64,000 nucleotides of DNA from Magallana gigas (Eukaryota), in NCBI RefSeq assembly GCF_963853765.1, contig NC_088858.1, positions 46,934,001-46,998,000 of the forward strand. The letters run 5' to 3'. The notes under the pieces are model-generated. The model ran no database searches, had not been told where the DNA came from, and saw nothing but the letters and a program-made list of their open reading frames with translations. Positions 1 to 12,081 of this stretch are shown here, in pieces. The position numbers were made by a program, and so were the translations under genes. Each line of letters opens with the position of its first letter. The first letter of the stretch is position 1.

Positions 1-297
1 TTACGGAGGCCCCAAGAGAGGTTCAAAGTTTAACATAGAAATATATAAGGATATTGTTTAAAAATCTTCTTTTAAAGAACTACAATGCTACAATTTGTGA
101 AATTACAATGGGAGCATCCTAAGATGATGTTGATTCTAAATTGTTAAAATGCTGACCCTTGGACTAGTACTGGGGTTCCAAGAGATATTTAAAGTTAAAC
201 ATAGAAATATATTGGTAGGATGTTTAAAAAACTAATATAAAATGATACAAGGAACTGTTGTTTAGGTGAGCTATGTGGCCAATGGGCCTCTTCTTTC
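1..297 (+). mobile_element. 3' end of a Helentron-type non-autonomous element with satellite-like monomers
   Basis: Two ~170-bp monomers related to the array at 5.3-7.6 kb; terminus aggtgagctatgtggccaatgggcctcttc matches the 3' hairpin end seen at 7944-7977. Confidence 0.65.
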
Positions 298-323
298 TAA
301 AATGTTTCATTTCTGTTTTATAG

Positions 324-1984
324 GAAGTGCCACAGTCTCTTTGCACATCATTAATGGAGCTTCCTTGTATGATGAGGAAATGAGAAATGACCTTTTGTCT
401 GGAGTAAAAGACGGTAGGCGTACATGGTTCAAGTCCAAATTTACACTAAAAAGCAGTTTTAAAGAATCTATACATGTACTTGCTACAGTATTTTTATGTC
501 GGGAAATGGAAATTAAATGCATCTTGAATTTGTGAAATTTCAGATGACCTGAAACCATTCTGCCAAGTAAAGCTGGATAGTGAAGTTGTATTTAAGACCA
601 AAATCGCCAAAAGTTCCAAACCTAGATTTGATGAAAAAGTTGAAATCCAAATAAATGATCCAGAGAGTGTCTTGGAGATTGTATGTTGTTTTTAGTGTTT
701 GATATTGTTATCTTACATTAAAGTTTATATCTTTAAATATAGTATTGGTAATGTACATGTACATGTACATGAATACTGTGAATTTCTTATTTTTTACGCA
801 TTGCCAAGTGCTTAATTCTGCAATTCAATCGTATTGCATCAAATTGCAAGAATATAAGCTCACTAACACAACACCCAATTTTTATAATGAGGCCAAAAAA
901 TAAAAGCAAGATTCTAGAATTCGTGAGATGTACTTCTCACGATTTTAACAAGGATAATAATACCTTGCTTTTAAATAGGAATCTACAGTACCGTAATGTC
1001 AGCTGAAATCCTTATTATCTGCTATACATGCATATAATCTTTCATTCATAACGAGAAATATACAGTAAATAAATATTTTGATCATGAAGTTTTCATGAGT
1101 TGATGAGAGAAAATAATGTGCATGAGCATGAGCAAACAGAGTTTGCGGAAAATAATAAGATCATCATGGTCAAATCAAATTTTATAGATACCATCAGGTT
1201 GTGTTAAACTCGGCATATGGCTTTATGATTGACAGATTCCTTTAGATAATCATTATCAGCAAATTGAAGAGTAAAAGGGTTAAAGAACCTAGAATGTTGT
1301 TGGATTGATTGCCTTGAACTGTGTTTTTTGGGGTCTTTACAGGAAGCCTACGAGTATGACCACGTGGAGAGCATTCTGTTGGGAGTCGTCATGTTACCTG
1401 TGACACAGCTCATAGACTTATCAAACCAGCTGGTAAGGTGTTGTTTGATCTCCATTCTCATTAAAATTAGCTTACAAAAAAAAACTCCGCTCTACCAGAT
1501 CTATAACATTCAATACCAGCTAGGTCACAGACCTCAGAGTGACCCCCAAGTGAAACATTAAGAGAAAAGTTTGATCTTGATCGAGTACATTTTAAAATGT
1601 AAACCTGGGCTGCGTTTTACAAAAGAACTTACGACAAAGATGTACATATTTTAAGTTTCATAAAATACTCTTTTATGAACGAAATTTATATAAAACCATT
1701 TATGTACAACTATTTTGATTTCTCTAATTCTATTTTACAGCCATTAAATTAAAATATTGATTAGTTTGTGATTAATAAGCATTCATTAATTTGATCGTAA
1801 GTCGTAAGTTCTTTTGTAAAACATAGACCTGCATGTGATATTCAGATTATATTTTCAAACGTAATGATTTTAACTTTATATCATTATATATTTTCAAAAG
1901 GATTCAAAATTCCATCACTTGAATGGAACACATAATGGAAAGATTCACCTGAAAGTTGATGTACAGTTCAATGACAAAGACAAT
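324..1984 (+). CDS. Roco gene exons 1-4: C2 domain
   Basis: Spliced peptide TVSLHIINGASL...LKPFCQVKLDSEVVFKTKIAKSSKPRFDEKVEIQINDPESVLEIEAYEYDHVESILLGVVMLPVTQL...GKIHLKVDVQF follows the C2 beta-sandwich pattern (PY/F-V, KT, P-x-F/W-x-E, L-x-I, LG, G-x-I-x-L). Confidence 0.75.
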
Positions 1985-4900
1985 GTAAGTGACAATTATT
2001 ATTACAGTACCTCTGCAAGTTATTCATATCATATATTGCATCGTTTCTTGGTTTGTGATCTGGTTTATAGTGATATTAATTGATTCATGCATTTAACATA
2101 TGTATGAAATGATCAAACTTCATTCCCTACTCAAGCAATTGTAATGTAGCTGATTTAATCCTGATGTATGAATTCCCATTTTTTTGTAGCTTTACTCGTG
2201 TATTTATTGTAATGAATCACTTTTTACAAGTTATAATTATTTCCTTTATGTTTCATTGTAAACTTCTACTAATATCATCATCAGAAAGTTATTGTTTGTC
2301 TTGCTTCACTTACTCTTAAAAAAAAATGAAGTGGAGCAGGAATAGCCATGAGCTTCTGATGTTTGCTATGGACTGTATACAGGGTTATTTTTGCCCTTGA
2401 TTTTTTTTTTATCTTCTACACTTGCAAATGGTTTCACTCTTGATTGAATTTGCCCAGATATTGGAATTGATATATTCAAAATTTGTTTTGAATCTGCCAA
2501 GAATTTAATTAGCCCTCTGACAATGTGGGGGAAAGGGGCGATAATAAAGCGAGGACGAATATATCCCTGTTGTAGGTACATATATTACGGAAAAAGTGGT
2601 TATTTAACTGGTGCTTAAGTATGAAGGTCAAACAATACGCGGATATGTGATTAACCACCCTAGATTGTTTAATATTTTACAATATGCGCGGGGGTATTTT
2701 ACGTGGTTTTCAGCTTCAAGCGTAACTAGTGTAAATTTCTGCCACGCTTAAATAACCACTTTTACAATAGGTATTTATTGACAGCATGTATATTGATATG
2801 TTATTAAGCATGTACTTTATAGGAGGAACATTTGAAGAAAAAATTCTCAAATAAGCGAGGAGACATGTTTATCCCAAAGTGTTGCATGGAAATTCCAACA
2901 TGTGAGTGCATATTTCTAGAATTACAAATACATGACTGTGCCTATACTGTAAATTCCTTATTTCATGTGAGTACTTGATACCCTGATTCTGCTGTTTTGT
3001 ATCAAATCGCAAGAATATAAAATTGAGATCACTATTTTTTAGTTATAATTTTCTATAGTTCAAAACTGTCTGAAAAATAAAAGCGAGACTCTAAAATCCA
3101 CAAGGGTTAATTGCCTCTCGTGATTTTATGCAGAAATTGATTCCTATACATGTATATAGCTATTCCTAGCATATGATTAGGAATCTACAGTATATGCCTC
3201 TTTTGTGTGACAAGTTGAAATATTTTTGGAATCTTGATGTACATCAGATGGTTGGTATTCCATGTAAACAAAGAATTATATATGCCTGCTAATAATAAAT
3301 GGACATTTTATTATCAGTCTCTACTTGCAGATATTTGTCTTACATGGATATAAAACATACCGGCCTCTCAAAATAAAAAATTGCTCACTTAAATTGATTG
3401 TTGCAGATTAGTTCTAAACCTTCCATTCATGAATAAAATATGACTTGTTATAATGGCAATTCTTGTTTAATAGTAAATGTCTGAACTAAATTGAATTGAT
3501 GGCTATTTTGAAGTTTCTGTTCAAGACCATTGGGTTATTACTACATGTTTAATAAAATTACCATTTAGATTACCCACTTGGGACTTTTAAAAATCGCTTT
3601 GTTAGAGTAAAAATGAAATTATGTTTAACAGGAGATAAATTTAATTTCAGGTGTGGAAGCAAACATTGCTCAGATGGCAGATGTTTTTGAGGACAAATTA
3701 AATCAAAGGAATTTGCTTTCAAACCTTCAAGGTTCATACAATATAATTTTCATTAAAGGGCCATAATATTTCAAGTGTGCATTTCATAGTCTATAAAAAA
3801 AACAACTTTTTTTTAAATTCTATGTTACATTGTACAATTAAAAGCTTCTGAGGTCACCCAAAAACCTCCTTCTCATTGACTATAACTATAGAATAGAAAG
3901 GTGTATGATAATTATAACACCAAGCTATTTAAACAAATTATTTTTTTTATCTTTCTAGCTTTCAACATGTACTATTGATTAGTTGCTATTTGAATTAATT
4001 GTTTACTAGAATGTTGAATTTCTGTTGTTTATTTACTTATCAGGAACTTTTTTGATGGTTTTGCCAAAGTTGGTAACAAGGGAAATGGTTCTCTTTCCTA
4101 TGTGGCCCTCTCTGAAGACAGACAGTGTAAAATACCATCCTCTATGCTCTTACAGATGTAAGTAGATGTTCTCTCTACTCCCCATCTCTTCATCTCTCAC
4201 CTATTTATCTCCCTTCTTTGTCAATCTCTCTCATTTTCTCTCTTTCTCATTCTCTCTCTCTATCCATGGTTGAAAGTTTGCGAGGAATCTTGTCACAGAC
4301 TTACCGGTACATCTCTCTCTCCTATTGTAGTGGAGAATACTCGTTTAAACAGTGGTGAAGATGACAGATGGGAGTGGCATTTGATGAATGCCCCAGGATT
4401 CGAATTAGAAGAAGATTTTATCCTTAAAATTGTCTTTAACTGGGTGGTGCAGTGTGTCCTGCTAAGTTCGAGGGTCAAGGTGAGAAATAGAAGATCTGGG
4501 CTGCGTTCAAGATCGTAGCAGTTAGCCTAGCGGCTAGGTCGTAGATATCTAGGTCTATTGAACGGACCGCTAGGAAAGCCGCTAGGTCTCAGATTATAAG
4601 TTGGAAATATTCAACTAAAGACTAATTACATTAACAAAATTTGTTAATTTCAAGCGCAAATATACGTTAAAATTTAATATAATTTAAGGGATAAACAAAA
4701 TATCACTAACTAAATAGATTTCATGTTTGTTATAAAGTGGTAACTAAGGTGGCCATCTTGAATTAGATGCATAGCATAAAATATTTAGGCTACGAATATC
4801 TACGTAGCGGCTAGGCTAGCTTTTCGTTCAACTACGTAGCCCTACCTAGCAGCTACGATCTTGAACGCAACCCTGGTATTCAAGCCCCATAGTACGGTAG

Positions 4901-5079
4901 TCCTTTAAGCTGGGACACATACCTTTACCAACATTTTTGTTTTCTGTGATATAAGAAACAATTGTAGTGACAATTAAAGGAAATGAGTTTTTACAGTTAA
5001 AGTTTACACAACATTGTAGCCTAAAAAATCCCATCATGAAAATAAGCATTCCATCCTATTTTTTAGCTCACCTGAGCCA

Positions 5080-5111
<32 letters not shown>

Positions 5112-5131
5112 GTCCGTTGTCTGTCGTTGTC

Positions 5132-5172
<41 letters not shown>

Positions 5173-5221
5173 CAAGAACCACTGGACAGATTTCAACCAA
5201 ATTTGGCACAAAGCACCACTA

Positions 5222-5253
<32 letters not shown>

Positions 5254-8200
5254 TGCCACGCCCTTTTTAAAGGGAAGATAATTGAGAATTATTAAAAATG
5301 TGTTGGTATTTTTCAAAAATCTTCTTCTCAAAAACTATTCAGCCGGAAAAGCTTAAACTTGTGTGGAGGCATCCTCAGGTAGTGTAGATTCACGTTTGTT
5401 CAAATCATGGTCCCCGGGGGTAGGGAGGGGCCACAAGAGGGGGATCAAGTTTTACATAGGAACATATAGAGAAAATCTTTAAAAATCTTCTTCTCAAAAA
5501 CTATCAGGCCAGAAAAGCTCAAATTAAAATGGGAGCATCCTCAGGTAGTGTAGATTCACGTTTGTTTAAATCATGGTTCCCGGGGGTAGGGTGGGGCCAC
5601 AATTGGGGGATCAAGTTGTATATAGGAATATATGGAGAAAATCTTTAAAAATCTTCTTCTCAAAAACTATTAGGCCAGGAAAGCTCAAATTTAAATGGAA
5701 GCATCCTCAGGTAGTGTAGATTCAAAATTGTTCAAATCATGGTCCCCGGGGGTAGGGTGGGGCCACAATAGGGGGATCAAGTTTTACATAGGAATATATA
5801 GAGAAAGTCTTTAAGAATCTTCTTCTCAAAAACTATTAGGCCAGAAAAGCTCAAATTAAATTGGAAGCATGCTCAGGAAATTTAGATTTAAGTTTGTTCA
5901 AATCATGGTCCCTGGGGGTAGGATGGGGCCACAATTGGGGGATCAAGTTTTACATAGGAATATATAGAGAAAATATTTAAAAATCTTCTTCTCAAAAACT
6001 ATCAGGCCAGGAAAGCTCAACTTTGAGTGGAAGAATCCGCAGGTAGTGTAGATTCAAGTTTGTTTAAGTCATGGTCCCCGGGGGTAGGGTGGGGCCACAA
6101 TAGGGAGATCATGTTTTAAATAGGAATATATAGAGAAAATCTTTAAAAATCCTCTTCTCAAAAACTATTTGGCCAGATAAGCTCAAATTAAAATGGGAGC
6201 ATCCTCAGGTAGTGTAGATTCACGTTTGTTTAAATCATGGTTCCCGGGGGTAGGGTGGGGCCACAATTGGGGGATCAAGTTGTATATAGGAATATATGGA
6301 GAAAATCTTTAAAAATCTTCTTCTCAAAAACTATTAGGCCAGGAAAGCTCAAATTTAAATGGAAGCATCCTCAGGTAGTGTAGATTCAAAATTGTTCAAA
6401 TCATGGTCCCCGGGGGTAGGGTGGGGCCACAATAGGGGGATCAAGTTTTACATAGGAATATATAGAGAAAGTCTTTAAGAATCTTCTTCTCAAAAACTAT
6501 TAGGCCAGAAAAGCTCAAATTAAATTGGAAGCATGCTCAGGAAATTTAGATTTAAGTTTGTTCAAATCATGGTCCCTGGGGGTAGGATGGGGCCACAATT
6601 GGGGGATCAAGTTTTACATAGGAATATATAGAGAAAATATTTAAAAATCTTCTTCTCAAAAACTATCAGGCCAGGAAAGCTCAACTTTGAGTGGAAGAAT
6701 CCGCAGGTAGTGTAGATTCAAGTTTGTTTAAGTCATGGTCCCCGGGGGTAGGGTGGGGCCACAATAGGGAGATCATGTTTTAAATAGGAATATATAGAGA
6801 AAATCTTTAAAAATCCTCTTCTCAAAAACTATTTGGCCAGATAAGCTCAAATTAAAATGGAAGCATCCTCAGGTAGTGTAGATTTAAGTCTGTTCAAATC
6901 ATGAACCCCCGGGGTAGGGTGGGGCCACAATTGGGGGATCAGGTTTTACATAGGAATATATATAGAGAAAATCTTTAAAAATCTTATTCTCAAAATCTAT
7001 TAGGCCAGATAAGCTCAAATTAAAATGGAAGCATCCTCAGGTAGTGTAGATTCACGTTTCTTCAAATCATGGTCCCCGGGGGTAGGGTGGGGCCACAATT
7101 GGGGGATCAATTTTTACATAAGAGTATATAGAGAAAATCTTTTAAAAAATTTCTTTTAATAACTATTTCGCCAAGAAATCTCAAATTGGCATGTAACCAT
7201 CCTCAGATAATGTAGATTCAAGTTTGTTCAAATCATGGTCCCTGGGGGTAGGGCGGGGCCACAATGGGGGATACCTTTTTATATATAGAGAAAATCTTTA
7301 AAAGTCTTCTTCTCAAAAGTATTAGGCCAGGAAAGCCCAAATTTGAGTGGAGGCATCCCTAGATCATATAGATTCAAGTTTGTTTAAATAATAGTCCAGG
7401 GGTAGGGTGAGGCCACAATGGGGGATGAAATTTTACTTAGTAATATATAGAGAAATTCTTTCAAAATCTTCTTTTTAAAGACTATTTGGCCAGAAAAGCT
7501 TTAACTTGTGTAGAGGCATCCTCGGGTAGTGTAAATTCAAGTTTGCAAAATCACTAGTGGTAGGGCGGGACCGTGATGGCGGTTTGACTTTTTTCATAGG
7601 AATATATAGAGAAAATCTTTAAAAATATTCTGGGAAAGTTTTTGGTCCAAAACTCAGTACTTAGTGTGAAAGCACAGGTTATGAGATTAAAGGTAGATTT
7701 AAGTTTGATGAAACCATGATTCCCTAGAGAATAGTGGGGCCACGAAGGGGGGGGGGGGTATATAGGAATAGAAAAAAATATTAGAGGTACAACAACAAAA
7801 GGGGCTTGGTATTTACCAAAAAATAAGAGGTGGATAAAAATTGGCAGATTTTCAATTTTTTTTTTAGCAAGATCTACTGTACTCAGTTGTCAGGATATTT
7901 TGATACTGTAATGCTAATTTGGTCAGAATTAAGGCAATTGTTGCTCAGGTGAGCGATGTGGCCCCTGGGCCTCTTGTTTATTCATTTTTTCTTTTTACAA
8001 GAAAAATCAGCTTTGATATAAAATATTGCTGTGTTCGTCATTTTGGATTAGCGCATTGCTTATCCTGAATCAAAAGTTTAAAACAAATCATATGAATTAA
8101 AAATAGGCTCATTAGTTTACTATTGATTTTTTACAGGAATTACATTATACAGAATTTTGTGATATGAAAGTGAATTAATTGTTGCATGATTTTTTAGTGA

Positions 8201-11200
8201 ATGTTTTTTTCCTTTCAGCTGAGTCTTTCTGACTGCAAGTTGTTGTTTCCAGCTTTGGCCAATGAAGATGACATTGACGCTAAAATGGTACTTATAATAA
8301 TAAAAAAGAGGCATTGTAAATTACAATTATATTTTACTCTGAGCAATTACTCTGAATTCTCTTTTTCAAAAATTCCCTGGTAATATTTCTGCACATTCTG
8401 AATTAAATTACAATGTACATATGTATATATAAATTTTATTTAGAACTTATTTATTTTTAAACAAAACTGCAATCCTATATGGGCAAAGGCAGCTAAAGGC
8501 ATTAAAAAAAGATGGAGTATTTTAATTAAACAATACCTTAAAAATTTCAAGGCCATCTTTGACTCAGTCATGATTAACAACTTCTCCCAAATATTTCTTT
8601 TAGGTAAAACAAGAATATATCACAATATATCGTTCAAATTTATAAACAAAAATGAATGAAACACTATTTTAAAAGAAAATAAGTTATGTGTGAGAAAATT
8701 TGGAAATTTTATTGAGAAATCCATGGAATGATTGCCTTAAAACTGTGACCTGACTAACAAGCGGGTCAACAGCAAAATTTTAAAAACAAAGCTGAAAAAA
8801 GCAACCAACTTATAGGTGAACAAAACTTATAGGTGAGTATATGACTAATTCATTTTATGGTTTTATAGGTCCAGAATTGTGTTTACTCATTACTGAACTT
8901 TAGCACTGTGTACATGAATATCATCCGAGGTCTGGATTTCTCTGTGAATTTTTACGTCATGGGCAAGAAAAATCATATGAAGAATTTGAAGTCAGTTCAT
9001 CGAATGGTTGTGAAGAAAATAGATCAGACGGGGTTTGATTTCGTACCCAGTTTCTACAACAGCAAGCACCATTTATTGCTCTGTCCTGGCCACAATAATG
9101 CATACGTCAGAACCAGGGGCATCTCCAAAATATCCATGAGTGGCTTTGAAAGTAAGTTGGTTTTTTTTTAACATATAAATGCCTCTTGTGTTTCTGTTTT
9201 TATTTCATCTTTAATTTTTCTAAAAGTGGAATTTTATTGTACATTTGTAAGTGAGAAGAAATATTTTAAGAAGTTTACAAAAAAGTGAAAAGAAATATTT
9301 CATGGTAAAAATTCCTTAGCACAAAACATTCAAGATTTCAAAAAATATTGCAGAAGATGTATAATGATTCACACAAAATTGTAAACAAGTATGCACAAAA
9401 TGATTCTTGCTATGTAGGACAGGTGTACTACGTAGCATCCTTCAAGGTATACCATGCCCTTCATGTATAATTAATCGACAATATGGAGGCTTCTGAAATC
9501 AGTAAATACACATGATTGCTGGGGTATTTAATTTGTCGCAACTTTAGGGGGGAGGAGTCAGGGAAATATTAAAGGTCATCAAGGGCACTAGCTTAACCTG
9601 GTTGTCTCTGCCCATCTGCATAAAGCATGAGAGGGTCTCATGGCGATGTTTTAAAATGGAAGTTAAATGCCATTGAGCAAATGTGTATAATGTGTTCCTA
9701 AACTGCTTGGGGTCTGCAGCATTTCAGTGCTCAGACCCCCTCTACCTCTATAAAGAGGAGGAGAGGCTACAAGCTGGTGGTGTTAAATAGTTAAACCAGG
9801 TAGCAAGCCAGAGGCAGGGTGCAAAAGCTGTGCAGCTTGTATGCCTAGCCACCATGCGTGTCAGGCATGGGGTGTCATGGCACTCGCATAAGCGAGGCCA
9901 CTAGCTTGCCCATTTTGTTAAGGTATCCTAGTTGTCTCCCTTGACTCCTGCAAAATTTGCGGCCATTTCAATCCAACATTTATGTATTGTATGATTTTAT
10001 GGTTGTTTATAAATATGTAAACATACATTTGGTGTTATTAATTACTATTGGCTGGAAGTCAATCAGGAAGGGAAAATGGCAATGGGAAAGAATGTATTTG
10101 GCTGCAATATTCAATTAATATACACAAAATGATTCTTGCTATGTAGGACAGGTGTAGTAGCATCCTTCAAGGTATACCATGCCCTTTATGTATACTTTAC
10201 TTCATATATATACCTTATAATTTACCATGATGTTAATTTTTAACCTTGTTCTTTCAGCTTACAATATGTTTATCCAGAACTTGGTCCTGACCAAAAATAA
10301 TCTGACCAGTCTTCCAGATGCCCTGTTCTCATCCCTGAAACAGCTGAAGATTGTGGACCTATCGGAAAACATTCTGGAGTCCATTCCCGGGACCATTGGG
10401 CAGTGCGGCCAGATGGAGATTCTGCGTATCCAGGACAACAACTTGGCTGATCTCCCCATGGAACTGGCTCAGTGTGCGAACCTGCAGGTGTTGAATATCT
10501 CCCGTAATCTGATGAACGAGCTCCCGGTTGTGGTTCCACTGTGCACAAGTCTCGAGCAGTTGTACATGAATGACATGTTTATGACAGAACTACCAGAGGA
10601 AATAGGTAGGAAAATTTATGAAACAGTCTGTAGTATTTTTTTGTTCACCCTTTGTAATTTTGCTGACCAGAAAAAGACATTTGCCAATAATTGTGCCGGT
10701 AACTGTCCTCATTTCTTAGATAATGTTCAAGCTGACTATTTGGCATATGATTCTTGGAGATAATAATGAAACACACAATTCCTATCCTAGACAATGTTTT
10801 TGACATTGACATCTTTTATTTGGAAATGGTGAGTTAAAAACTTGAGGAGTTGCACAAGCAAGTTTTCATTTTATTCATTCTCCTTTACATGCCCTAATAA
10901 AACACTGGTAAAAAAAACCTGGTGTGCAACATGAAAAGAATTTATCAGAAATATAGCAGATATTTAACATGTGTATAACACTGTTAACAGTATAAAAAAA
11001 ACACCCTCTCACTGAAATAATGTCATAATCCACCAACACTGTTCGTCTGAATTGTACTTTCTGTTTTGATTTCCACAAAGAAAGATAACCCGCAATGAAC
11101 AGATAACTCTTCCAATAAAATCAAAGTATTGCAAAGGGGTAATTTCAATAATCCAATATACAACATACATAATAAAATCCTTTTTGTTCATCAGGATTCT

Positions 11201-12049
11201 TGGACAATTTGGAGACCCTCTATGCCAATGGGAATTGCTTCACAACTCTTCCTGAAAACTTCAGCTTGCTGTGGCGACTGACAGATCTGTCGTTACGTGG
11301 TGTCATCTGGTTTGTGAGCTCTCCCTCCTACATCATGTCCAGGGACCGCTTCACTGAGCTCCTTGAGGTGCACGGTCTCAGGAGATGGCTGGACGCTCAC
11401 AATGAGGTACGTAAATATAAAACTTAATTATGTCCATAAACAATGAGGTATCAAAATACAGCTTAATGTCACATGACTTTTTGAGGTCTCCAAATATAGC
11501 TTTATGTTTATCTGGTCCCATAGCTTTAACAATGAGGTCTTAAAATATTGTTTTATGTCTGGTCCTTTAACATTAATCCTTTTTTACTTTGTTACTGCAT
11601 GTGGATCTCCTGCACCTAAATCTGAACTAGGAGCAGAAATAATTATGATTTAATTATTTTATTAACATTTTTCTAGAATACAGTACTTTATGACTTTGTG
11701 TAATAAGAATTCAAATAGTGCTTTTTCTCCTAGGACAAAGAGGAGTTATTTAAAGCCTTTGATGAAGATGGCAATGGAATTCTAGACCAGAATGAAATTG
11801 GCAGGCTCAATGCTACGATTTACAACATTTTCCCCAGATTTGGTTACAAAGGAAAGGAATTACCTGGTAAGTTTTTATTTGATAGCATTATAAATTCTCC
11901 ATATGATAAGTTGTATCCAATACTTTTGACATATAACTGAATCAGGAACTGAACTTAATGAATTTTATACTTGTGATTATAAATAATCAAAGAAAAGAAT
12001 CAGTAGAGAAATTCAAGTCTCTTTGAAGCTTTTTAGCTCACCTGAGTCA

Positions 12050-12081
<32 letters not shown>

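Noticed and set aside
4044-4157. Exon 7 is open in two frames (GTFLMVLPK... and NFFDGFAKV...)
   Set aside because: Only the phase-1 reading joins exons 6 and 8 in frame; two open frames over 114 nt is unremarkable by chance.
10259-10548. Minus-strand ORFs of 66 and 92 aa
   Set aside because: Antisense shadows of the GC-rich LRR exon.
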